Positions 27,591 to 37,114 of a stretch of DNA of 64,000 nt are shown here, piece by piece. Each line of letters begins with the position of its first letter. Position 1 is the first letter of the stretch. The notes under the pieces are model-generated. The model was not told where the DNA came from, did not search any database, and saw only the letters and a list, made by a program, of their open reading frames with translations. The stretch lies in assembly GCA_963752285.1 (NCBI GenBank), contig CAVVXN010000001.1:544001-608000 (forward strand). Reading direction: 5' to 3'. The DNA is from an uncultured Planctomycetota bacterium. Lineage in GTDB: Bacteria; Planctomycetota; PLA2; JAEUHO01. The position numbers and the translations under genes are program-made.

Positions 27591-28691
27591 ATGCCCGTGA
27601 CCCCCACCTGTCGCCCCCGCCGTCTCTCCGTGGTGGATCGCTTCCTCACGGCCTGGATCTTCCTCGCCATGGCGGCCGGTGTGCTCCTGGGCGTCCTCGT
27701 GCCCGGCGTGAAGGACCTGCTCGCCTCCGTCTCGGTGGGGACCACGAACGTACCGATCGCCGTCGGCCTGGTGCTGATGATGTACCCGCCGCTCGCGAAG
27801 GTGCGGTACGAGGCCCTCGGCCGCGTGCTCCGGGACGTCCGCGTGCTCGGGCTCTCGCTCTTCCTCAACTGGGCGGTCGGCCCGGTCCTGATGTTCGGCC
27901 TGGCCGTGCTCCTCCTGCCGGACCACCCCGGCTACATGACCGGCCTGATCCTGATCGGGCTCGCGCGCTGCATCGCGATGGTCATCGTGTGGAACGACCT
28001 CGCGAACGGCGACCGGGAGTACGCCGCGGGCCTCGTCGCGCTGAACAGCATCTTCCAGGTGCTCTTCTACGGCGCGTTCGCCTGGTTCTTCGTGACGGTC
28101 CTGCCCCCCTGGCTCGGCCTCGCGGGGAGCACCGTGCCGGTGACCATGGGGCAGATCGCCGAGAGCGTGGGGATCTACCTCGGCATCCCGTTCGCGCTCG
28201 GCGTCCTCTCCCGGGTCGTCGGCATCCGCGTCTTCGGACGCGTGCGCTTCGAGGGGACCTACCTCCCGCGGATCGGTCGGATCACCCTCTGGGCGCTCCT
28301 GTTCACCATCGTGGTCATGTTCTCGCTCAAGGGCGACTCGATCGTGGCGCTCCCGGGCGACGTCCTTCGTGTGGCGGCTCCCCTGCTCGTCTACTTCGTG
28401 GTCATGTTCCTCGCGAGCTACCTCCTCGCGTGGCGCGCGCGGGCGAGCGCCTCCCAGGCGACCACGCTCGCGTTCACCGCGGCGAGCAACAACTTCGAGC
28501 TCGCGATCGCGGTGGCGGTGGCCGTGTTCGGCCTCGGCTCGGCGGAAGCCTTCGCGTGCGTGATCGGCCCCCTGGTGGAGGTGCCCGTGATGATCGCGCT
28601 CGTCGGCGTGGCGAAGGCCCTCGGCCGTCGCCTCTACGGCGAGGACGTGTCCCGGGCGCTCGCCTCCGCGTGCGAGGGCGAGACGGCCTGA
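27591..28691 (+). CDS. acr3: ACR3 family arsenite efflux transporter
   Basis: [48 protein letters not shown]. Confidence 0.95.
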   Translation: MPVTPTCRPRRLSVVDRFLTAWIFLAMAAGVLLGVLVPGVKDLLASVSVGTTNVPIAVGLVLMMYPPLAKVRYEALGRVLRDVRVLGLSLFLNWAVGPVLMFGLAVLLLPDHPGYMTGLILIGLARCIAMVIVWNDLANGDREYAAGLVALNSIFQVLFYGAFAWFFVTVLPPWLGLAGSTVPVTMGQIAESVGIYLGIPFALGVLSRVVGIRVFGRVRFEGTYLPRIGRITLWALLFTIVVMFSLKGDSIVALPGDVLRVAAPLLVYFVVMFLASYLLAWRARASASQATTLAFTAASNNFELAIAVAVAVFGLGSAEAFACVIGPLVEVPVMIALVGVAKALGRRLYGEDVSRALASACEGETA

Positions 28692-29056
28692 GCGTGCGGG
28701 CGCGGCGCCGCGGAGCAGCAGCCCCCCTCCCGGCGCACACGCTCGGCGCGATCCCGGTCCTCCTCCAGCGCGGGCACGGTCTCAAAACAGCTCGAGAGGC
28801 ACGCGAGCAGGCGCTCGTGGAGCTCCCCCGCGGCCGGGGAGAGCCGGTAGTAGCGCCAGCGACCCGACGTACGCCCTTCCACCAGCCCGGCGCGCCGCAG
28901 ACGGAGGAGATGCCGCGACACCGTCGGCTGGGGCAGGTCGAGGATCGTCACGAGGTCGCCCACACAGGTCTCCCCGCCGACGAGGAGATGCAGGATCCTC
29001 AGGCGCGTCTCGTCGGCGAAGGCGCGGAACATGCGATCGGCGCGGGGCGTGTCCAC
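28634..29056 (-). CDS. arsR: ArsR/SmtB family transcriptional repressor
   Basis: [44 protein letters not shown]-terminal CC; adjacent to acr3. Confidence 0.88.
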   Translation of the reverse strand: MDTPRADRMFRAFADETRLRILHLLVGGETCVGDLVTILDLPQPTVSRHLLRLRRAGLVEGRTSGRWRYYRLSPAAGELHERLLACLSSCFETVPALEEDRDRAERVRREGGCCSAAPRPHAQAVSPSHAEASARDTSSP

Positions 29057-29132
29057 CCGCACATCGTACGGCAGACCCGTCCCGCGCGCCGCTGCGGGAC
29101 CGTCCTTCACGCGAGACCGGTCACCGCGCCGG

Positions 29133-30512
29133 TCACCGCGCCGGCGGCCGAACGGGCTTTCCGGCCACGAGGCGCCACACCACCGTGAAGGCCTGGGCGC
29201 TCGTGATGGGTGGGCGCGTGTGCGCGGGTTCGGACACGCGCGGGATCGTCGCGAGCGCGATCGTGCGGAGGAGGACCCCGAGGATCATCGGGAAGCGCAC
29301 GTCGTCGGCGGGCAGCCCGAGGAACGTGAACGCGTGGTTCGCCCCGATGACGTCCGACGCGACGCCGCCCACGACCGCGCCGAGGAAGCCGGCGATCCCC
29401 GCCAGCGCCGACAGACCCGCGAAGAGCGCCGCGCGGCCCTCGCTCGGCGCGTACGCGATCACGAGGTTCGTCTGCGCGACGCCCACGGCGGGCCAGAAGG
29501 ACCCGGCGAAGAGGGCGTCCACGAGGATGGTCCACGGCATGAGCCCGAGGAGGTGGGGAAGGCGGTCGGGCGTCATCACCGACAACAGCGGCTGCCAGAA
29601 CACGCCCACCCAGGCGACGAGGAGGAGGTTCCGGTGTCCGAAGCGGTCGCCGACGCGGCCGAGCAGCGGCGTGACGGCGGTGGACACCGCGAGGGCCACC
29701 CACCCGTACACGACGACGCCCGTCATCGACATGTGCAGGCGGTCCAGGAAGAACGCCATGAACGCGCCGGTCGTGACGCCGGCCGAGCCCGCGAGGGCCA
29801 TCCACGCGATGGCGATGCGGCGGCCCTCGCGACTCGTGAGCGTTCGTCCGATCACGCGCCACCCCGCCGCGGAGAGACGCCGCATCTTGCGCACGGGCTG
29901 GAGGAGGAGCCCGAGCCACGAGAGCCCGCCGAACAGCACGGCCCCGGCCACGAGGACCAGCAGGACCGTGAGGTACGGGCGACCCGGTCCCTCGGCGGCC
30001 CGGACCTGGTCGGCGAGGTGCCCCGCGAGCGAGAGCCCGACCAGGCCGACGACGCCCACGATCGCCGTGCGCACGCCGAAGTACACGCCGCGGATCGGCT
30101 CGGGGACCAGGTCGCTGATCCACGACAGCCACGCGACCGCGCCCGCGAAGTGGACGACGTGGCTCGCCGCGGCGACGCCGAGGAGGAACCACACCCGGCC
30201 CGGTCCCTCCGCGACGCCGGGAACGAGGAGGAGCAGCAGGAGGAGCCACACGCCGCGACTCGCCGCCTCGGCCGCGAGCGCGAGGGGCTTTCGCGCGTCG
30301 CGGGCTTGGAGGTAGCGAGCCGCGAGGAGCCCGCCGACCTGCCCGAGCAGCGGGAGCGCGTTCAGGATCGCCAGGTGGAACGGCCGCGCGCCGAGGGCCA
30401 ACGCGAGGCCGTTCACCACGACGCCGGCCACGACGTTCCAGTACACCGCCCACATCGATCCTTCGAAGATCGAGAGGCGGAGCGCGCGCGCCACGGGCGG
30501 AGCGAGTCGCAT
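29133..30512 (-). CDS. MFS transporter
   Basis: About 12 hydrophobic segments; W.SWISDLVP..RGVYFG.R; GRVGDRFGHR loop motif. Confidence 0.85.
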   Translation of the reverse strand: MRLAPPVARALRLSIFEGSMWAVYWNVVAGVVVNGLALALGARPFHLAILNALPLLGQVGGLLAARYLQARDARKPLALAAEAASRGVWLLLLLLLVPGVAEGPGRVWFLLGVAAASHVVHFAGAVAWLSWISDLVPEPIRGVYFGVRTAIVGVVGLVGLSLAGHLADQVRAAEGPGRPYLTVLLVLVAGAVLFGGLSWLGLLLQPVRKMRRLSAAGWRVIGRTLTSREGRRIAIAWMALAGSAGVTTGAFMAFFLDRLHMSMTGVVVYGWVALAVSTAVTPLLGRVGDRFGHRNLLLVAWVGVFWQPLLSVMTPDRLPHLLGLMPWTILVDALFAGSFWPAVGVAQTNLVIAYAPSEGRAALFAGLSALAGIAGFLGAVVGGVASDVIGANHAFTFLGLPADDVRFPMILGVLLRTIALATIPRVSEPAHTRPPITSAQAFTVVWRLVAGKPVRPPAR

Positions 30513-30686
30513 GGTTGGCGCGGGATCATAGCCGTCGTGGACCGCGCGGGGCCCCATCGGAAGCGCCGCCGGCGGCCACGACGCCGCCCCGCGCGCCCCC
30601 CGCGCCCGAGGCCGCCCGCCGTGGGGCGGCCTCGACGCGCCCCCGGTCGGCCGTCGCCGGCCGGGCGCGTATCGTGACGGGCACCC

Positions 30687-32270
30687 ATGCGGATCGCCCG
30701 CCTCCTCCTCGTCCTCCTCCCCCCCCTGCTCGTCGGCGGCTGCGGGGACGACGCCGCGAAGCCCTTCCCGGGCTACGACGCCAACGGCCGGCCCCTCGCT
30801 CCCGTCGCGCGCCCTGCCGACCCGCCGAACCTCGTCGTGATGGTGATCGACTCGCTACGCCACGACGCGTTCGAGCCCCGCGGCACGGACGGGGGCTCGT
30901 CGCCCGACGGCATTCCCATGCGGCAGGTCGCCTCCTGGGTCGAGGGGAGCGTCGACTTCACCGAGGCGACCGCCGACGCGACGTGGACCCTGCCGTCGGC
31001 GACTTCCATCCTGACGGGGCTCATGCCCAGCGAGCACGGGCTCGTCACCCAGATCGAGGGCCAGCGCCTCCTCAGCCAGATCACGACGTTCGCGGAGGTG
31101 CTGAGCGCCGGGTTCGACTACGACACCGCGGCCTTCGTGGACGGGCCCTGGTACGAGGGAGAGGGGCAGACGCTGCTCCAGGGCTTCCGGTCGATCAGCG
31201 AGAGCTTCTCGCTGCGGGGGATGGCCGGCGACGTGGACCGCTGGGCGCGGTTCCGGGACCCCACGAAGCCGTTCTTCCTCTTCTTCCACACGTACGAGGT
31301 GCACGCGCCGTACGGCTCCGGGAACCACCCGTGGCCGACCCAGAAGCTCTCGGGCGGGGTCCTCACCGAGGAACGGGTCCGCGCGCTCTCGCCGCGCGAC
31401 CAGTACCGGATCATGGACCTTCGCCGCGAGGCCATCCAGGACGTGGACGCGGTGCTCGGCGGCGACGAGGCGATGGCCCGCTACCGGCGCTACGCCTACG
31501 AGGGCTTCGCCGAGCATCCCGATCCGGCGCTCGCACAGGAGCTCTCCGACGCCTACTGGGAGGGCGTGCGCTGGGCGGACGCGATCGTGCGCGACGCGAT
31601 CGACAGCCTCCAGGCGCGGGGCCTCCTCCAGAACACCTTGCTCGTGCTCACGAGCGACCACGGCGAGTCGTTCGGCGAGCACGGAAGGCTCGGGCACGGC
31701 CTCCAGCTCCACGACGAGATCGCCCGCGTCCCCCTCGCGATGCGCGGGCCGCCCCCGTTCGACGAGCCCCGCCGCGTCACGAGCGCGGTCGCGCTCGTGG
31801 ACGTGCTCCCGACGTTCCTGGACCTCGCGAAGATCCCCGCGCTCCCCGGCATCGAGGGGCGCTCGGTGATCCCGGTGGTCGAGGGCCGGGCGACGCGGCC
31901 TCCCGTCCTCCTGGAAGAGCGGCTCGGACCCGACAACACCGGCACGCAGGTCCAGGCCCTGCTCCTCGGCGCCCGCACCGCGAGCTGGAAGTACGAGCTC
32001 CGCTTCGACCGTTCGACGGCGACCGTGAAGGAGTCCGCCTGGGACCTGGTCCAGGACCCCGGCGAGACCCGCGATCTCGCCGACGCCGAGGGGCGGGTGT
32101 CGAACGTTCCCTTCGACGAGGCCATGTGCCGCGCGGTGCAGCAGATCCGCGGACGGATCTGGCGCGACGACGCCGCGAGCGGCCCCGGCACGTACGCGGC
32201 GCCCTACGCCGCACGCCCCGGCCGGCCCTCGTCCGCCCCTCCCCCGCCGTGCCGTGGAGGCCACCCATGA
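30687..32270 (+). CDS. Sulfatase-like (alkaline phosphatase superfamily) lipoprotein
   Basis: Lipobox LVGGC; VIDSLRHD, WTLPSATSILTG, HTYEVHAPY, TSDHGE, GHG. Confidence 0.85.
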   Translation: MRIARLLLVLLPPLLVGGCGDDAAKPFPGYDANGRPLAPVARPADPPNLVVMVIDSLRHDAFEPRGTDGGSSPDGIPMRQVASWVEGSVDFTEATADATWTLPSATSILTGLMPSEHGLVTQIEGQRLLSQITTFAEVLSAGFDYDTAAFVDGPWYEGEGQTLLQGFRSISESFSLRGMAGDVDRWARFRDPTKPFFLFFHTYEVHAPYGSGNHPWPTQKLSGGVLTEERVRALSPRDQYRIMDLRREAIQDVDAVLGGDEAMARYRRYAYEGFAEHPDPALAQELSDAYWEGVRWADAIVRDAIDSLQARGLLQNTLLVLTSDHGESFGEHGRLGHGLQLHDEIARVPLAMRGPPPFDEPRRVTSAVALVDVLPTFLDLAKIPALPGIEGRSVIPVVEGRATRPPVLLEERLGPDNTGTQVQALLLGARTASWKYELRFDRSTATVKESAWDLVQDPGETRDLADAEGRVSNVPFDEAMCRAVQQIRGRIWRDDAASGPGTYAAPYAARPGRPSSAPPPPCRGGHP

Positions 32271-33640
32271 GAACCTTCCGACGCTCCCGCCGTCTCGTCC
32301 TCGCGAGGGCCCTCCTCGCGACCGCGCTCCTCCTGACGGCGTTCCTTCCCGCGCGTGTCCGCGCGGACGACGACCCCGCCGAGCCCGCGAAGCCCGCTCC
32401 CGGCGGCCGTTCCGCCACGAGGTCGTACACGCGCGTCACGGACGACGGCGACGACCTGAGCCTCGAGATCGCCGCCCGCGAGCTGATCCCGCCCGGTGGC
32501 GGCGGACCCCACGTCTGGCTCGTGGGCGCGGTCCACGTCGCGGACCCGTCGTTCTACGAAGACGTGCAGCGGTTCCTCGACGGCCTCGACGTCGTGCTCT
32601 ACGAGAGCGTGATGCCCGCCGGAGCGGGTCGTCTGCGCACCGAGAACGACGACGTCCGGGTCGAGGACACCCGGGCGCGGCTCCGATTCCTGGGCCGCGT
32701 GACGGCCATCCTCGAGAAGCGCGGCGTCGAGGTCCCCGACTCCTTCGCGCGCCTGGTCTCCGCCGCGGAGTCGATCGACGCGCGGTTGTCCGCCTTCCTC
32801 GCCGGCGCGCGGAAGGACGCCTGGGGGCACGACCTCTCCTTCGTCCTGCGCGCTCGCGGGGACGGCAAGACGGGATTCGCGTTCCAGAGCCTGGGTGCGG
32901 ACGGCGCCCCCGGCGGAGAGGGCGCCGCGGCGGACATCGAGGTGACCGACCAGGACGACCTCGGCCCGCTCGACACCGCGGCGGCCCGGTCCTTCAATCT
33001 CCAGAAGGAGCTCGCGGAGGCCCTGCACCTCGTGTGGCAGGGGGACGGCATCGACTACGCGAGGAAGCGCTTCGAGCCCGACGACATGGCGCTCGACGAG
33101 CTCCAGCGGGCGATCCGCAAGCGGGGCGGCAACGTGGACTTCATCGACCAGGCGCTCGCGGGCGCCGGGTGGCGCGGACTGCTCTCCCGCTTCGCCATCT
33201 GGATCCTCAAGGTGGCCGACAAGCTGACGGGCGGAGAGAGCGCCGCCGCGATGAAGGCGATGCTCGTGACCACCCTGTCCGACGACCAGGTGATCAAGGA
33301 CGCCGCGGCCGCGGGCATCGACGCGGGCACCATGGAGGCCATCCTCCTCGACCGCAACACCGTGGCCCTCGACGGCCTCACGCGCGCGCTCGGCCGCCAC
33401 GCCGACGCCGCAACGATCGGCGTCTTCTACGGCGCGGCGCACATGTCCGACATGGAGGAGCGGCTCGAGAAGGAGGGCTACCGGCGGGGAGAGACGCTGT
33501 GGATCCCCGCCATCCACGTGGACATCTCCCAGACGGGCCTCTCCCGCGACGAGTTCGACTCCATGCGGGCCCTGGTCGAGCGCATGCTGAAGAAGAAGGC
33601 GAAGGACGCGGCGAAGGACGCGGCGAAGGACAAGGACTGA
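32267..33640 (+). CDS. Secreted TraB/GumN-like protein with GspG-like insertion
   Basis: Signal peptide; LVGAVHVAD..FY...VLYE, DRN, FYGAAHM; internal DAWG...SLGADGAPGGEG..ADI. Confidence 0.65.
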   Translation: MRTFRRSRRLVLARALLATALLLTAFLPARVRADDDPAEPAKPAPGGRSATRSYTRVTDDGDDLSLEIAARELIPPGGGGPHVWLVGAVHVADPSFYEDVQRFLDGLDVVLYESVMPAGAGRLRTENDDVRVEDTRARLRFLGRVTAILEKRGVEVPDSFARLVSAAESIDARLSAFLAGARKDAWGHDLSFVLRARGDGKTGFAFQSLGADGAPGGEGAAADIEVTDQDDLGPLDTAAARSFNLQKELAEALHLVWQGDGIDYARKRFEPDDMALDELQRAIRKRGGNVDFIDQALAGAGWRGLLSRFAIWILKVADKLTGGESAAAMKAMLVTTLSDDQVIKDAAAAGIDAGTMEAILLDRNTVALDGLTRALGRHADAATIGVFYGAAHMSDMEERLEKEGYRRGETLWIPAIHVDISQTGLSRDEFDSMRALVERMLKKKAKDAAKDAAKDKD

Positions 33641-33662
33641 CGAACGCCCCCCGCCCGCCGCG

Positions 33663-34868
33663 TCACGGCGGCGCGCGCGGCCGCCCGGCCTGCCCGGCCT
33701 GCCCGGCCCGCTGCGCCCGTCCTGCGGCGGGCTCTCGGCGCTCCCGCCCTGCGGCGGGCTTACCACGCTCCCGCCCTCCGGCGGGCTCGCGCCGCCGCCG
33801 CCGCGGCGTCTTCCCGACCGCGCGGAGCAGCCACGCCGGCCGCTCGGGCGGCTCGCGATCCTCGGGGAGGGGCTTGGGCGCGAGGAACGCGCCCGTCGCC
33901 GCGATCACGAACAGCGGTCGCCCGTCCGTGGACCAGCACCGAAGCGCGATCATCCCCAGGTCGTAGTTCTTGTGGTGGACCACGCAGCCGTCGAAGAGGT
34001 CCTTCGCCTCCCGACCGCTCCCGTCCGCGTGCGGCCTCACGTGGCACAGCTCCGCCGCTACGCGCGTGCAGAGCCCGACCTCGCACAGGCCTCCCGAACG
34101 CCGACGGATCGCCCGGACCACCTCCGCCGGGACCTCCCGGTCCCCGGGGCGCTCTTCGGTCGGCGGAAGACGCCGCGGCCTGGGCTCCTTCCGCGTCGGG
34201 TCCCACCGTGCCCGGTACGCGTACGCGAGCACCGCCAGGAGCTGGCCGTTGTCGATCGCGCACTCGGCCTTCTTCTTCGCGATCCTGCGGCACGCCCGCA
34301 GGTCGTCCGCGGCGTCGGGTCCCACGTGCGCGACGAAGGTCGTGACGTCGGACTCCGGCGCGACGTGACGTCGCGCGGCCAGGCGGCGTCCCACGCGACG
34401 GCGGAGCGCGCCGACGCGCAAGGACCTGGCGAGGTCGAGCCAGTCGTCGCCCGCCTCGAGGTAGCGCTCCGGGTCTACGAAGACGTCGCCGAGCAGGATG
34501 GCCGCCGCGAAGGAGATCCCGCCCGCGCGGACCTCCTCCTCCAGGCCGGGCAGGCGCTCCAGGGCGTAGCCGAGCATCAGGAGCTGACGCCCCCGCGCGC
34601 CGTCGAACCCGTAGCGCTCGGAGAGCTCCCAGGTCGAGGCGGCGCTCTCCCACACGCAGGAGCCCTGCTCGTGGAGGCGGACCATCAGCTTCGCGTAGGC
34701 GATCTCGGCGTCGCCGAGCGCGCGGCTCCGGGCCCGCAGGAGCGCGATCCCCTCGGGGTCCTTCTCTCCGCGGAGGGTGCGCCGGTCGATGCGCCGCTCG
34801 GAGATCCCGCCCTCGGAGGGGCGGCGCTCGGGGTCGCTTCGTTCGTGGAGTTCGCGTTCCGACAGCAC
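33663..34868 (-). CDS. HNH endonuclease-like protein (DUF222-type architecture)
   Basis: C-terminal RRSGGLCEVGLC...LCHVRPHADG...GCVVHH Zn-finger/HNH pattern preceded by a helical domain. Start uncertain. Confidence 0.65.
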   Translation of the reverse strand: MLSERELHERSDPERRPSEGGISERRIDRRTLRGEKDPEGIALLRARSRALGDAEIAYAKLMVRLHEQGSCVWESAASTWELSERYGFDGARGRQLLMLGYALERLPGLEEEVRAGGISFAAAILLGDVFVDPERYLEAGDDWLDLARSLRVGALRRRVGRRLAARRHVAPESDVTTFVAHVGPDAADDLRACRRIAKKKAECAIDNGQLLAVLAYAYRARWDPTRKEPRPRRLPPTEERPGDREVPAEVVRAIRRRSGGLCEVGLCTRVAAELCHVRPHADGSGREAKDLFDGCVVHHKNYDLGMIALRCWSTDGRPLFVIAATGAFLAPKPLPEDREPPERPAWLLRAVGKTPRRRRREPAGGRERGKPAAGRERREPAAGRAQRAGQAGQAGRPRAPP

Positions 34869-35040
34869 GAACGAAACGATAACGAATGGGGGGGACAGTC
34901 CCGGAGAGCCCGGAAATCAGGGGTTCGAGGCGAGCGTCCGCCCCACTCCGGCGCCCCGGGGCCGTCGGTTCCTCGGGGCGCCCGGGCCCGCTCGCGACGA
35001 TCGTCCCGCGCGGCCCGCGCGAAAATCGGCGTCCGTACGA

Positions 35041-35070
35041 CGACCGCGACCGCGACCGGGACCGCGACCG
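35041..35070. repeat. Intergenic 6-bp tandem repeat (CGACCG)x5, one variant
   Basis: cgaccg cgaccg cgaccg ggaccg cgaccg. Confidence 0.7.
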
Positions 35071-35077
35071 CGCGGCC

Positions 35078-36550
35078 TCACGCGCCCGTGTCCGGCGCGG
35101 GCGACCGGAGGTGGGACCCGGCGATCAGTGCCGTCGTCACCAGGGCGACGAGCGTGAGGTACGCCCACGTCGCCGCGTGGGACCCGAGATCCCACGCGTG
35201 GGGCACTCCGCGCTCCGGTCGCAGCATCGCGGCGAGGCGGCGCGCGAGTGTCGGGACCGTGTCGAGGAGGATGGCCGCCGCCGCGACGCGCCCCGCCACG
35301 GACATCCACGTTGATCGACCGGCTCTCCACCGCGTCGTCGCGAGGAGCCACAAGGCGGCCAGGGCCAACGTGCCCGCAGCCGCGAATCCTGCCCCGCGGG
35401 TCGCGGGGTCCGGGCCCTCGGCGAGCGCCGCGAAGAGCTGCTTGGCGGCCGCGACCAGGAACCACACGCCCAACCCGAAACGGAGCGCGGACTCGAGATC
35501 GCGCGTGCGCACGCGCGGGCCGTCGCGCCACGCGCGGCCGGCGCCGTGCCGCCCGCGGAGCCACGACAGGATGCGCCGCGGCCCGAAGAGCGCGATCAGG
35601 GCCAGGGCCAGGAAGAGGCCGCACTCGAGGAGGAAGCGCGACAGGTCGTCCGGCGCGGGGAGCTGCTCGACCGCGGTCCGGAGCACCGTCAGCAGCGCCA
35701 GGACCCCGACGACCGAGAGCCCGAAGCGCTCCACCCCCGCCGCGTCGAGGCCGGAGCCCGGCACGCGGATCTCGGATCGCGGACGCTCACCGAGTCGCGC
35801 GACCCAGCGCGCCTGTCGCCAGAGGAAGACGCCCGACGTCAGGTAGACGAGGAGGCGGGCCGCGCCGACCAGGTCGAGCGAGCCCCACCCAGCGGTCCGA
35901 GCGTCTCCCGACCCGAGATATCCGAGTGTCCGCGCGACACCCGAAGCGAACTCCACGACGATGACCATCCCCGCCGCACGCAGGGCCGGGGCGAGCCAGC
36001 GGCGCGCCCGCCCCGGGCGGGCCTCGACGTGCACGAGGACCCCTGCCCGCGACGCGCGCGCCCAGAGAACGGGGCCGACGATGGCGAGCAGCGGCGGCAC
36101 GAGGTGCGCGAGGTTCCTCAGGCGGTCGTCGCGGTAGACAGCGGCCATCGGGCCGGGCAGGACCGGCATGGGGTAGACCCAGCTCGCGACCGCGATCGCC
36201 AGCCCCGAGACGAGCCACGCCACGCCGACGCAGACGGAGGCGGCTCCGAACCAGGGCGCGAGGCCCCTCGACCGACCGGGCCCCGCGGCGGGCACGAGCC
36301 CGTCGACGATGCGCCGTGCCGACAGGAGGACCCCGAGCGCGGCGAGGACTCCGACCACCTCGCTCACGAGGTAGCGATCCCGGAAGAGCGCCTCCATCCG
36401 ATCGTACGGCCCGAGCGCCAGGGACTCGGACGCGCGGTGGAGCGAGTGGAGCGGCAGGGTGACGACGCCGCGAACGAGCGCGTAGACGGCCCAGCCCATC
36501 AGCAGGGCGGACGCGAGTCGTCGATGCGGCACGAGCCGCATTCTAGCCAT
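35078..36550 (-). CDS. Hypothetical polytopic membrane protein
   Basis: About 10-12 hydrophobic segments; no recognisable family. Confidence 0.6.
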   Translation of the reverse strand: MARMRLVPHRRLASALLMGWAVYALVRGVVTLPLHSLHRASESLALGPYDRMEALFRDRYLVSEVVGVLAALGVLLSARRIVDGLVPAAGPGRSRGLAPWFGAASVCVGVAWLVSGLAIAVASWVYPMPVLPGPMAAVYRDDRLRNLAHLVPPLLAIVGPVLWARASRAGVLVHVEARPGRARRWLAPALRAAGMVIVVEFASGVARTLGYLGSGDARTAGWGSLDLVGAARLLVYLTSGVFLWRQARWVARLGERPRSEIRVPGSGLDAAGVERFGLSVVGVLALLTVLRTAVEQLPAPDDLSRFLLECGLFLALALIALFGPRRILSWLRGRHGAGRAWRDGPRVRTRDLESALRFGLGVWFLVAAAKQLFAALAEGPDPATRGAGFAAAGTLALAALWLLATTRWRAGRSTWMSVAGRVAAAAILLDTVPTLARRLAAMLRPERGVPHAWDLGSHAATWAYLTLVALVTTALIAGSHLRSPAPDTGA

Positions 36551-36631
36551 GGGGGCGAACCAGACCGTGTCTCCGGCGGGCGGCCCGGCGGCTTCGACGG
36601 CCGGCCCGGGCCCCGCCCCGGCGCCCGGCGG

Positions 36632-37045
36632 CTACTTCGGCCTGACCTTCTTCCCTCGCGCGGTCTTCCCCCGGGCCTTCCCCGTTCGTGCCGGCCGCCT
36701 CGCCGCGACGAGGCGATGGCTGTCCGCGACGAGGCCGCGGACCGCGCTCCAGTCCAGGCGCGGCGTGTCGAGGTAGACCCCGATCCAGCCCTGGTGGCCC
36801 ACGTACGGCGGGACGAAGTAGCGCTCGGGGTCGGATTCGACGAGGATCCCCTGCACGCCCTCCGCGGCCTTCATCCAGACCGACGGCCGCGCGTCCTTGG
36901 TGTTGCCCTTCTGCATCGCGAAGATCCTGTCGCCGACGCGCCACGTGGGATCGCCCCACGTCTCCTTCTCGACGGCCTCGGGCAGGGCGAGGCAGAGGGT
37001 CCGCAGGCGCTCGATACGGTCGGGTCGGATCGGGTTCCCTGTCAC
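36632..37045 (-). CDS. MmcQ/YjbR family protein
   Basis: LCLALPEA.E..TWG.PTWRV..IFA, YFVPPYVG..GWIG, DSHRLVA. Confidence 0.85.
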   Translation of the reverse strand: MTGNPIRPDRIERLRTLCLALPEAVEKETWGDPTWRVGDRIFAMQKGNTKDARPSVWMKAAEGVQGILVESDPERYFVPPYVGHQGWIGVYLDTPRLDWSAVRGLVADSHRLVAARRPARTGKARGKTARGKKVRPK

Positions 37046-37114
37046 GGGGAGGAGCGTACCCGGATGCGCCTCGGCGCGGCGAACCCGAACCTCGCCGGCG
37101 CCGTTCCCTCCCTC

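Noticed and set aside
33683..33790. Short repeats as a CRISPR array
   Set aside because: The units are degenerate, lack unique spacers, lie in frame within a CDS tail, and no cas genes are present.
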